This document shows positions 56,801 to 63,402 of a stretch of DNA of 64,000 bases, piece after piece; position 1 is the stretch's first letter, and each line of letters starts with the position of its first letter. The notes under the pieces were generated by a model. The model made no database searches, was not told where the DNA came from, and saw only the letters and a program-made list of their open reading frames with translations. Source of the DNA: Euprymna scolopes (taxonomy: Eukaryota); the NCBI GenBank assembly GCA_053919585.1, contig CM132819.1. One strand, given 5' to 3'. Made by a program: the position numbers and the translations under genes.

Positions 56801-59800
56801 TTCACCTAAGTCTCATCTGCTGAATGTACACAGATTAGTAACTGTTACCATACAAAAATCACTAAACATATTCCCAAGTATATATTTTTTAAATTATAGT
56901 TAGATATGATATCTATATAAAAATATATTGCACATGGTCAGCAATATTATATGAAATAAGATAAACCAAAAGAGCGTTAGTGTATCTCATTTATTCTGCC
57001 AGAAAATTTTGAAACTTTTTGTGAAATATTGGAGTTCCAGAAAACGCTGGTTATAATTTTAACAGATGTACCATTTAAAAATAGCAAATGGCAGACTGCT
57101 AATATCTGTTTCTTTTGTAAAAAAAAAAAATAATTCTAGCGGGTCAATTATTAAAAATTCTATAAATTACAGAAAATGATCTAATGGATCATTTTCTGTA
57201 ATTTATAGAATTTTTACTAATTTCGACATGACATGTAAGTACGTAATGTTTTTATCTAATATGCACTTTCTGAAATCCTATTATTATGCACACGTAATGT
57301 AAATGTAAAAGATAATGTCTTCATTATCAAATATTTTATCCTCATATTCATAGTTGTTCTTTCACCACGTTACGACTGATTCATTCTATGGCTTTCTTCA
57401 TGCATATAACCACCTGAAAAGGCCAGAGGAGGAGTTGGCCGAAATGTGGTGAAGCAACCACAACTATGAAAATTAGGATAACAGTTCGGGGGAAAAAATG
57501 AATACACAAAGTCTTTGTTATTAAACTGATGAAACAAATCAGAAAATATGTACAAAAGAATTCAGAAGCTTAAACTAGATTTTCCATAGGATATATTTTT
57601 GGATTACTTAGTAATTAATAGAAGAACTTAAACCACATCTCCCATAGCACGATATATTTTTGGATTACTTAATAGAGCATGCTCTTCATAAAATATATCA
57701 ATGGATTTTATTTAGCATGCTACTTACGACATTCTAACTCATCTGAAGCATCAGAACAATCAAATGTTTCATCACATTTCTTGCTTCCCTCGATACATTG
57801 TCCATTCTTACATTCGAACTGGTTAGGTTGGCAACGTTGTGAAATGGCTGCTTGAAGGGTGAAAGAAATGAAAGGTGCAGTGCATAGAAAGACAAGTGCA
57901 AAAAAATGGAATGAAAATCGAAAATGCTGTGAGAAAAAAAAAAAACAAAAAAACGATGAAATTTTGTCTATTCACCCACTCAATAAGTTGGTAAAAATTT
58001 ATTCTATAACTAAATTTCATTAACATGTAATTTACTAATGCGAAAAGATTTTTTCTCCAATTTTTGGAACAAACATTCGTGAAGCCCATCAGAATAGTTA
58101 AACAAAACTTAAAATGTTTAAATAATTAAACACGATTTAATTCAAACAAATCAAAAATCAAATAATGGATCTATTTAAATTTTCTTTTGAAAAAAGATAA
58201 TTGTTTAATGTGACATTTTATGTACTCAATATTTGGATTTCATTTTTGTTGCTACTTACTACAATCTTGTTCGTCTGATCCATCTGAACAATCAAATGTT
58301 TGGTCACATTTCTTGTTAGCATCGATGCATTGCCCGTTTTTACATTCAAACTGGTTGGGTTGGCAATGTGCAGTGGCTGAGAGTGAAAGAGTGAAAGAAG
58401 GAAAGAAGGAATGGTGCAGTGCATAGGAAGATCAGTGTAAAGAGTGTGACATAAGAAAATGGTGAGAAAATGAGATTTATTGATAAGAATTAAATTGGTT
58501 ATATTTTATGGTTTGTTACATCTAGTCAAGAAAAGTGAAAAAATGAATTATATAACCAGATTTTATGAATTTGAAATTCGTCTGAAAAGATATGCTCGAC
58601 ACATATTGATGAATAATAATAAAAAAAAAAGGATCTTGTCCAGAATTCCCCAGGATTAAAAGAAAAATCTGTTTGATGTACATAATCGTAACGAAACCAA
58701 AATATATTTTAAAAATCATGTAAATTGATCAAGTAGTTTAAATAATTTTTTAAGCGATTAGGAATTCATAAGCATTACAGCGGAAGTCTATTAATTATAA
58801 ATTATTGTTGAGTTATCTCCCTTTGATTTAATAATTTTTTTTTTTTTTTAAATGGTGATACTCATAAAAATTGATTTTCTTATTAAAAAAAACTACTTCA
58901 TCGATTTGTGTGATTTTTGGAGTATATTTTCGTTTCAGCACAGATACACACATACACATTTTTTTTAATATAGGGGAATTCAGGACAAGAACTGAAAATA
59001 AATTTAAAATTAGAAGTTAGAATTAAAACTGTAGCAAAATTCCAAAATAGAGGGTTAATTTTGGGACACCATTTATTATTACTTCATGATTTTTATTTTA
59101 TTATTGCTACTACTTACGACAAAACAGTTCATCTGTAGAATCGGAACAGTCGAATCGGTGGTCACATTTCTTGCTAGCGTCAATACATTGTCCATTATCA
59201 CATTCAAACTGGTTGGGTTGGCAACGTTGTGCAGCGGCTGAGAGTGTGAGGGGGGAAAGAAATGAAGAGTGCAGTGCATAGAAGACAAGTGAAAAGAAAA
59301 CATGAAATGAATTAAGAAAATGGAAAGAAAATGAGATTTTATGAAATGAGATCTATTGATGAGAATTAAAGTTTGTATTGTTTGGATTATTTGGATTATT
59401 TAGACTACTGTTCTAATTCTTGAGTTATTTTTACAACTTTTCAGATGATGTAACCTTCGACCTTTAGGCATATCTTGTTGAGCTCTTGAATCTTTCTGTA
59501 ACAGTGCGTATGGGCGCGTGTGAGAACATAGCAGCACCTGTTAAAGCACGAATGCAAATTAGCAAGTGTGCACAAGCTTGCACCACAAGAAAAGGAGAAA
59601 AAATACACCATTTGGTCAACAGGAGAAGCAAGTTGCGTGCTGAGGAAAATGGACATGTGAATACGAGGGTGAAAAAGTGCTGGATAACACCAACATCAGG
59701 TGGCTGGGGGGACAAAGACTTAAAAAGCAAGTGTGTGCAAAAAGACTTTTGTAAGATAATGAAATGCCTTGTTTTGGAAGAACCACAAATGAATGTTCAT

Positions 59801-61148
59801 TTGCACTTTAAAAAATGTCGAGTCTGATTTTTCTTTATTTTTTTTTTCCTTTGCAACAAAGTATTAAACAATGTGTGGGTTCGAAATGTAACGACACTGT
59901 TCAAGTATCACGGCTATGTTACATTTTAATCAAATTCAGAAATCGGGATAGAATTTCGATTACAACCCTTTATTTAATTCATATGGGTAGCATGCTCTTG
60001 TTCTGTCAGCCATGGCCAGGTAAATGTCTTAATTCTTAATATCACCTGTGCTGAGGATTGAACCTTCAATCTTCAGAAGAGTGCCACTTACAACTGAATT
60101 TTACCATATTTCTGAAGTAGTAAGATTCCTTAACTCAAAGTGAGAACAGTAGTCCGAATAATCCAAATACAAATTGTCAATCCTCATCTAAAAAATTCAG
60201 AAACGAGAAATATTAATATTTATGAAAGCCCCTTTCCAAATGAAAATTAATTGAGTCAAAATAATTGAATTTGAATAATCGCAGAACATTTTAAGTTTAA
60301 GAAATGAAATTTTTGATTTTGCAACGCTAAAAAAATAATTGACACTATTATAACTTTTGGTTTATTTAGTCATCAGAAATGATGCCCATTTATGTAATAA
60401 TCATATTCGCTAATCAACTTACAACAATCTTGTTCATCTGAACCGTCAGAACAATCAAATGTTTGGTCACATTTTTTGCTAGCCTTGATACATTGTCCGT
60501 TTTTACATTCAAATTGGTTGGGTTGACAACGTTGTGATGTGGCTGAGTGAGTGAGAGGTGAAAGAAAGAGAAAGGTGCAGTGCATAATAAAAAAAGTAAA
60601 AAAGAAAAAAGCTTACCTAAAGTAATGAGATTTTAAAAAATATTTAGAAAATTTATTGATAGGAATTAGTTATTAATGATCTTGAACGTTCTAATTCTGT
60701 ACTAACTCAAATATTTGCAACAAGTTTCATCTCATATTTCGACTGGTGTATTATTTTTGTCTCCTTGACTTTTGTTTAACACCCACATAATTAATCATGC
60801 ATCATATTTGAAGCCGCACGAGTCGTTAAACTTTAAAAATCTTTCTATAAGATATAGATGTACAAATAACATTAACCCCATTTGATGTTTGGTATGTATA
60901 TGGCTTCATCACCAATCATTATATCTTCAATATTGGATTCATCATTATTATCAGGTTTAATTAGACATATAAAAATGAAAAAATGCAATTAAAAAAAGTA
61001 GTTGTACACATGTACCGGCGTTGCCCGGGATAGAATATAAAGGGATAATTTGAATATAAAAATGAAATTTAATTTTCTGAAAAAAAAAATTGTTATTTAT
61101 TTCAATTCTAATTAAAAAATAATTTGATATTATTTGAAAATTAAGGTG

Positions 61149-61189
<41 letters not shown>

Positions 61190-63215
61190 TAATAATTAAC
61201 ATTTTCAAATGTAAAAAAAGAAACTTTATAATATATTTCAATTCTTTTTAAGATAGTTTAATTTATATAAGTTGTTACAGGAAAAACCCGAAAACAAAAA
61301 AATGTTCAAAATAAAACGGTATATAATTGTTGTCCTACTGGTTGAAATGCGAGAAAAAACTAATTGCAAAAATTGGTAGCCATAACAAAGTTAAAATATT
61401 CAAAATAACCAATTATGTTTTTAAATATGAATTAATTTTTATTTAATAAAGTATATTATAATTGACTAAGAAAAAAATTTAGTTATGAATAATTGTTTAA
61501 TTTAAAATACTGAAGAATTAGTTTGAATTTCTTATCAAATTTAATGTATTATTAAATTATGCTAATCTACTTACTACAATTGGCTTCGTCTGAAGCATCA
61601 GAACAATCAAATGTTTGATCACATTTCTTGCTAGCATCGATACATTGTCCGTTTTTACATCTGAATTGGTTAGGTTGACAACGTTTTCCAGTGGCTGAGT
61701 TGAAGGGGTGAAATAAACGAAAGGTGTAGTACATAAGAAAGGTGCAGTGCAAAGAGAGATAAGTGCAAAGAGATCGGATATAGTTATTTTAATTAAAATA
61801 GTATAGTATCAATTTATAATTTATTGCTTTCACAGGATTTAATTTCTCAACAATTTTACTTTTTTATAGTCAATCATTTTTTTTTTTTATTAGATTAATG
61901 TAGTTTAATAAATTTTATATAGATGTATATTACATAGCAATTTAATCATGTAATATTTTATAGTAGGATAGTAGTTTGCTTGAAGCATTGTTTAGTGTGT
62001 ATACAAAAGTAATTTATGGAAAAGCAAAAAACAATGCGAAGGTGTAACGGATAAGCACAAACTGAGAAAAGACATTTAACAGTGGAAGGAGTTTTATAGT
62101 TTCCATGTTTTTACTAATACAATATATTTTTTTATATAACAGTTTTTTATATTACAATCTTGCATCGGTGTTTGATCGAAGTTTCCGTATAACATAATAT
62201 TTCAGGAATAAATTTTCCTTCTTCAGATGTGTTCAAGGATTGATATTCATTTGATTTGTTGACTGCTACAAGTGACAATATACACATTCAAACAGAAACC
62301 AACGCAGCGATCTGATGCTGTGATGTGTAAACTGTCAAATCACTTGAACATCATTTTTAAAGTTAACTTTAGTTCAAACTAGCATTTCGGCCCGGCATTG
62401 CCCGGGTGTTTGGAGGTGTATGCTGAGCAAAAAAAAAAGAGGTAATTTTTTAAACTTTGACCCCTATTATGTCCTTAACATTTATTGTTTTGCTTTGGGC
62501 TCAAATAAAGTTATTAAGTTAGATCCATGCCCAAGGAACCAATATCTAAAATGTCAAGTGTTTAGACCCCAAATTATCGGAGGAGTTTGGTAGAGCTCAC
62601 AAAGGTCAAATCGTTAACCTTTTACTCCTTAACAGCGAAATTTCTGGCCGAAACCCAATCACATCGATTTTTCCAAATCTCAGTACCCTGTATATCAAAT
62701 TTCGAGTCTGTAGACTAAAAATTGACAGAGTTATTGCATAGGGAAATGCACACAAACACAGACACGTTCACTTTTATAGATATATAGATAAAGTGAAAAT
62801 TGATAATAAATATGTTGTCCAAAATATTTCCACATTAGATAGAAATCCTTTGTGAATAAACATTATGCTGACATTTAATTAATTTGTCTCAGCTTAAAAT
62901 TTTTTTTTTTTTTAAGTTTTAAGCTTTGTATATCTCATGTTCTCCAAATGATGTCATTTAGATTTGGTTTATGTCAACAAAAACGGTATTTTTTAAATGA
63001 AACAAAATTCATATTTGTGACATTGAAATGACTGAAATACAACAATAATCGTCATTAAAATAAGACATGCATTTCTGAGGCCACTGATTACTTACTACAG
63101 TTGGCTTCATCTGACCCATCGGAACAATCAACGTAATCATCGCATTTGTAGATAGCATTTATACATTGTCCGTTTTTACATTCAAATTGGTTATCTCGGC
63201 AACGTGATGGAGAAG
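1075..63215 (-). CDS. Partial multi-exon gene: uninterrupted array of >=41 LDLa (LDL receptor class A) modules, one per exon; no start, stop or other domain in window
   Basis: Repeated ~120-nt units bounded by YAG acceptors and GTAAGT donors on the minus strand, translating to C-x6-C-x4-C-I-x5-C-D-x3-D-C-x-D-x-S-D-E-x2-C (LDLa signature); all phase 1-1. Confidence 0.93.
1732..1851 (-). CDS. LDLa exon (120 nt)
   Basis: TAG..GTAAGT; [39 protein letters not shown]. Confidence 0.9.
2200..2915 (+). mobile_element. 5'-truncated CR1/L2-like LINE (C-terminal ORF2, 3'UTR, A-rich tail), intronic, antisense to host gene
   Basis: Open frame to 2814: [68 protein letters not shown], typical post-RT region; GC-richer than flanks; A-rich tail ~2895-2920. 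Confidence 0.88.
3045..3164 (-). CDS. LDLa exon (120 nt)
   Basis: TAG..GTAAGT; [39 protein letters not shown]. Confidence 0.9.
3502..3575 (-). pseudogene. Relic of a deleted LDLa exon (decayed acceptor region and first codons only)
   Basis: taacattgcgatgtgacagagtga...aaggtgtagtgt aligns by eye to the consensus caacgttgtgatgtggctgagtga...aaggtgcagtgca; the following intron resembles 9520-9660. Confidence 0.6.
3916..4035 (-). CDS. LDLa exon (120 nt)
   Basis: TAG..GTAAGT; [39 protein letters not shown]. Confidence 0.9.
4479..4598 (-). CDS. LDLa exon (120 nt)
   Basis: CAG..GTAAGT; [39 protein letters not shown]. Confidence 0.9.
6733..6862 (-). pseudogene. Decayed Y-type LDLa pseudo-exon
   Basis: [39 protein letters not shown]: internal duplication, SDE motif lost; donor intact but acceptor and pyrimidine tract absent. 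Confidence 0.75.
6939..7058 (-). CDS. LDLa exon, Y-type (120 nt)
   Basis: CAG..GTAAGT; [39 protein letters not shown]. Confidence 0.9.
7460..7564 (-). pseudogene. Decayed Y-type LDLa pseudo-exon
   Basis: [29 protein letters not shown]: Cys1 lost, 3' end and donor missing; acceptor CAG and upstream TGCACTGCAC retained. Confidence 0.75.
7930..8410 (-). mobile_element. Degenerate copy of the CR1/L2-like LINE 3' end
   Basis: Reverse complement matches 2385-2890 (e.g. gacatgcagaagttcaagtgtaa, gagtattattgccac). Confidence 0.8.
8519..8638 (-). CDS. LDLa exon (120 nt)
   Basis: CAG..GTAAGT; [39 protein letters not shown]. Confidence 0.9.
8941..9015 (-). pseudogene. 5'-truncated LDLa pseudo-exon
   Basis: Only [24 protein letters not shown] remains; donor GTAAAT; first third of the exon and the normal acceptor deleted. 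Confidence 0.75.
9320..9439 (-). CDS. LDLa exon (120 nt)
   Basis: CAG..GTAAGT; [39 protein letters not shown]. Confidence 0.9.
9911..10030 (-). CDS. LDLa exon, B-type (120 nt)
   Basis: CAG..GTAAGT; [39 protein letters not shown]. Confidence 0.9.
10300..10655. mobile_element. Old MITE-like inverted-repeat element, duplicated with the repeat unit
   Basis: atgaaaagactttt..atttacgattaaaagcaaaa versus ttttgcttttaatcttgcatatt..aaaagtcttctcttcat; homologues near 16870-17480, 24020-24170, 29770-31200, 38660 and 49430. Confidence 0.55.
11137..11256 (-). CDS. LDLa exon, A-type (120 nt)
   Basis: CAG..GTAAGT; [39 protein letters not shown]. Confidence 0.9.
11257..11316 (-). promoter_or_regulatory. Representative CAC/GCAC-rich intronic element upstream of the 3' splice site (present before most exons)
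   Basis: Sense strand UUGCACUUGUCUUUCUAUGCACUGCACCUUUCUUUUUCUUUCACCUCUCACUCACCCAG; UGCACUGCAC lies ~25-45 nt before the AG in 30 of 41 exons; regulatory role is inferred. Confidence 0.6.
12110..12229 (-). CDS. LDLa exon, Y-type (120 nt)
   Basis: CAG..GTAAGT; [39 protein letters not shown]. Confidence 0.9.
12738..12881. other. Assembly gap (144 N)
   Basis: Run of n. Confidence 1.
13189..13750 (-). mobile_element. CR1/L2-like LINE 3' fragment inserted only in the lowest-coordinate repeat unit
   Basis: Poly-T then reverse complement of the LINE 3'UTR/ORF ([23 protein letters not shown]; PESILYLY-like); homologous sites at ~20980, 27565, 35560 and 45240 are empty. Confidence 0.82.
15428..15550 (-). 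CDS. LDLa exon, T-type (123 nt)
   Basis: CAG..GTAAGT; [40 protein letters not shown]. Confidence 0.9.
15885..16004 (-). CDS. LDLa exon, B-type (120 nt); upstream GCAC element absent
   Basis: CAG..GTAAGT; [39 protein letters not shown]. Confidence 0.88.
16337..16402. repeat. (TA)n(GA)n microsatellite; other (TA)n tracts at ~548, 9806, 17202, 29890, 30627, 47762 and 61152
   Basis: Read directly from the sequence. Confidence 0.95.
16493..16612 (-). CDS. LDLa exon, B-type (120 nt)
   Basis: CAG..GTAAGT; [39 protein letters not shown]. Confidence 0.9.
17961..18080 (-). CDS. LDLa exon, A-type (120 nt)
   Basis: CAG..GTAAGT; [39 protein letters not shown]. Confidence 0.9.
20061..20180 (-). CDS. 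LDLa exon, Y-type (120 nt)
   Basis: CAG..GTAAGT; [39 protein letters not shown]. Confidence 0.9.
22572..22694 (-). CDS. LDLa exon, T-type (123 nt)
   Basis: CAG..GTAAGT; [40 protein letters not shown]. Confidence 0.9.
23060..23179 (-). pseudogene. Full-length LDLa pseudo-exon with both splice sites mutated
   Basis: Acceptor CAG>CAC, donor GTAAGT>GCAAGC, extra Cys ([16 protein letters not shown]), upstream element eroded. Confidence 0.82.
23643..23762 (-). CDS. LDLa exon, B-type (120 nt)
   Basis: CAG..GTAAGT; [39 protein letters not shown]. Confidence 0.9.
24617..24736 (-). CDS. LDLa exon, A-type (120 nt)
   Basis: CAG..GTAAGT; [39 protein letters not shown]. Confidence 0.9.
26911..27030 (-). 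CDS. LDLa exon, Y-type (120 nt)
   Basis: CAG..GTAAGT; [39 protein letters not shown]. Confidence 0.9.
28560..28790 (-). mobile_element. Degenerate RTE-like LINE C-terminal fragment, present in each repeat unit (also ~14640, 21840, 36480, 46060)
   Basis: [41 protein letters not shown] resembles the RTE C-terminal RRLRWFGHV.RM.E..W.K motif. Confidence 0.6.
29344..29466 (-). CDS. LDLa exon, chimeric B/T-type (123 nt)
   Basis: CAG..GTAAGT; [40 protein letters not shown]. Confidence 0.9.
29947..30627. mobile_element. Penelope-like relic with ~150-bp inverted repeats, embedded in (TA)n
   Basis: ~29962-30120 inverted against ~30470-30627; interior reads [16 protein letters not shown], like a GIY-YIG endonuclease C-terminus. 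Confidence 0.6.
31663..31782 (-). CDS. LDLa exon, A-type (120 nt)
   Basis: CAG..GTAAGT; [39 protein letters not shown]. Confidence 0.9.
33692..34180. mobile_element. Unit-specific ~490-bp insertion with an internal ~160-bp direct repeat; family unassigned
   Basis: Interrupts ttcttatgaaaa..aagtgtatttg, which is contiguous in other units (~11670, 19630, 26480). Confidence 0.65.
34600..34719 (-). CDS. LDLa exon, Y-type (120 nt)
   Basis: CAG..GTAAGT; [39 protein letters not shown]. Confidence 0.9.
37248..37370 (-). CDS. LDLa exon, T-type (123 nt)
   Basis: CAG..GTAAGT; [40 protein letters not shown]. Confidence 0.9.
37710..37829 (-). CDS. LDLa exon, chimeric T/B-type (120 nt)
   Basis: CAG..GTAAGT; [39 protein letters not shown]. 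Confidence 0.9.
38241..38360 (-). CDS. LDLa exon, B-type (120 nt)
   Basis: CAG..GTAAGT; [39 protein letters not shown]. Confidence 0.9.
39632..39816. repeat. ~65-bp inverted repeat with ~50-bp spacer
   Basis: tttacaaatgaatggacgtaagaatcagacgaaaacaaaatccaattgatcagtactaaaacgcct versus its near reverse complement at 39750-39816. Confidence 0.85.
40490..40609 (-). CDS. LDLa exon, A-type (120 nt)
   Basis: CAG..GTAAGT; [39 protein letters not shown]. Confidence 0.9.
40744..40927. mobile_element. 184-bp MITE with ~28-bp TIRs and 8-bp TSD (Merlin-like GG termini)
   Basis: TIR ggtgctaatgcagagagtgatccg / cggatcactctctgcatgagtacc; TSD ttagaacg / ttagaaag; empty site ctaaattagaaagaaacat at ~18225 and ~31905. 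Confidence 0.85.
42277..43844 (-). mobile_element. Non-autonomous Helitron-like element with tandemly reiterated ~680-bp 3' segment
   Basis: Minus strand reads A|TCTATATA...CTAG|T; ~42277-42960 repeated at ~42960-43630, third CTAG end at ~43630; absent from other units. Confidence 0.7.
44237..44356 (-). CDS. LDLa exon, Y-type (120 nt)
   Basis: CAG..GTAAGT; [39 protein letters not shown]. Confidence 0.9.
46825..46947 (-). CDS. LDLa exon, T-type (123 nt)
   Basis: CAG..GTAAGT; [40 protein letters not shown]. Confidence 0.9.
47314..47433 (-). CDS. LDLa exon (120 nt)
   Basis: CAG..GTAAGT; [39 protein letters not shown]. Confidence 0.9.
48561..48680 (-). CDS. LDLa exon (120 nt)
   Basis: TAG..GTAAGT; [39 protein letters not shown]. 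Confidence 0.88.
49054..49173 (-). CDS. LDLa exon (120 nt)
   Basis: CAG..GTAAGT; [39 protein letters not shown]. Confidence 0.9.
49821..49940 (-). CDS. LDLa exon (120 nt)
   Basis: CAG..GTAAGT; [39 protein letters not shown]. Confidence 0.9.
50150..50560 (-). mobile_element. Highly degenerate CR1/L2-like LINE 3' fragment
   Basis: Scattered similarity to the 2200-2915 element (tattgttgccatatct, aagctgcagccc, gtagaaatctccaga). Confidence 0.5.
50760..51196 (+). mobile_element. Helitron-like non-autonomous relic related to 42277-43844, opposite orientation
   Basis: gcctgcctgcctactaccacttttt..aaacacc..ggcacccagg is the reverse complement of ~42280-42360. Confidence 0.5.
51270..51872 (+). mobile_element. 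Degenerate CR1/L2-like LINE 3' fragment
   Basis: aaaggtaggctccct..gagtattgttgccacatctggg..[16 protein letters not shown]..catgcagaaatttaagt..gtggcaatataccttgtttgggatgaa match 2298-2885. Confidence 0.75.
53400..53515. repeat. Short dispersed repeat, inverted copy of ~100-205
   Basis: accacttatcacggcctagaggctactcaaggataagg versus ccttatcctcgagtggcctcttggccttgataagtggt. Confidence 0.65.
53675..53794 (-). CDS. LDLa exon, Y-type (120 nt), identical to 6939-7058
   Basis: CAG..GTAAGT; [39 protein letters not shown]. Confidence 0.9.
55134..55244 (-). CDS. LDLa exon with 9-nt in-frame deletion (111 nt); possibly decaying
   Basis: CAG..GTCAGT; [36 protein letters not shown]. Confidence 0.55.
55432..55890. 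mobile_element. Nested inverted-repeat element (Penelope-like or foldback relic); relative at ~59390-60170
   Basis: Outer actactgttctaattcttga / tcaagataagaacagtagt; inner atttaatccacaggggtagcatgctc / gagcatgctacccctgtggattaaat. Confidence 0.6.
57146..57222. repeat. Perfect 30-bp-stem palindrome with 5-nt loop
   Basis: taaaaattctataaattacagaaaatgatc-taatg-gatcattttctgtaatttatagaattttta. Confidence 0.9.
57728..57847 (-). CDS. LDLa exon (120 nt)
   Basis: CAG..GTAAGT; [39 protein letters not shown]. Confidence 0.9.
58260..58376 (-). CDS. LDLa exon (117 nt; linker one codon shorter)
   Basis: CAG..GTAAGT; [38 protein letters not shown]. Confidence 0.88.
59118..59237 (-). CDS. LDLa exon (120 nt), divergent
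   Basis: CAG..GTAAGT; [39 protein letters not shown]. Confidence 0.9.
60423..60542 (-). CDS. LDLa exon (120 nt)
   Basis: CAG..GTAAGT; [39 protein letters not shown]. Confidence 0.9.
61575..61694 (-). CDS. LDLa exon (120 nt)
   Basis: CAG..GTAAGT; [39 protein letters not shown]. Confidence 0.9.
62379..62788 (-). mobile_element. Non-autonomous Helitron-like element (410 bp)
   Basis: Minus strand A|TCTATATA...hairpin cccgggcaatgccggg...CTAG|T; shares gtatatcaaatttcgagtctgtagact block with ~43660-43844. Confidence 0.75.
63096..63215 (-). CDS. LDLa exon, Y-type (120 nt); first exon in transcription order within the window
   Basis: CAG..GTAAGT; [39 protein letters not shown]. Confidence 0.9.
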
Positions 63216-63360
63216 CTGGGTGCAAGAGGTGAAAAAAAAAATGAAAGGTGCAGTGCAAAGAGAGAAAAGAAAGATTCATATTGATTGGCAAAAAGAACCT
63301 ATACGATTTTCTTGCCAAGGATTAAAGATATTATAATTACGGACTACTAAATTAAAATTT

Positions 63361-63402
<42 letters not shown>

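Noticed and set aside
4470-59303. Recurrent ORF family [23 protein letters not shown]..
   Set aside because: Alternative reading frame of the same LDLa exons
1075-63215. CRISPR-like repeat/spacer array
   Set aside because: Repeats are 120-nt coding exons with splice sites, spacers are 0.3-4 kb introns, the context is eukaryotic and there are no cas genes
1195-63260. Upstream motif as a V(D)J-like recombination signal or a demonstrated docking/selector pair
   Set aside because: No heptamer-spacer-nonamer arrangement and no complementary docking copy found by eye in this window; kept only as an alternative to test
1685-63318. Short minus-strand ORFs starting MHCTF../MHL.. as separate small secreted LDLa genes
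   Set aside because: The apparent start and hydrophobic leader are the translated TGCACTGCAC motif and polypyrimidine tract; they are often out of frame with the domain, and conservation ends at the GTAAGT donors
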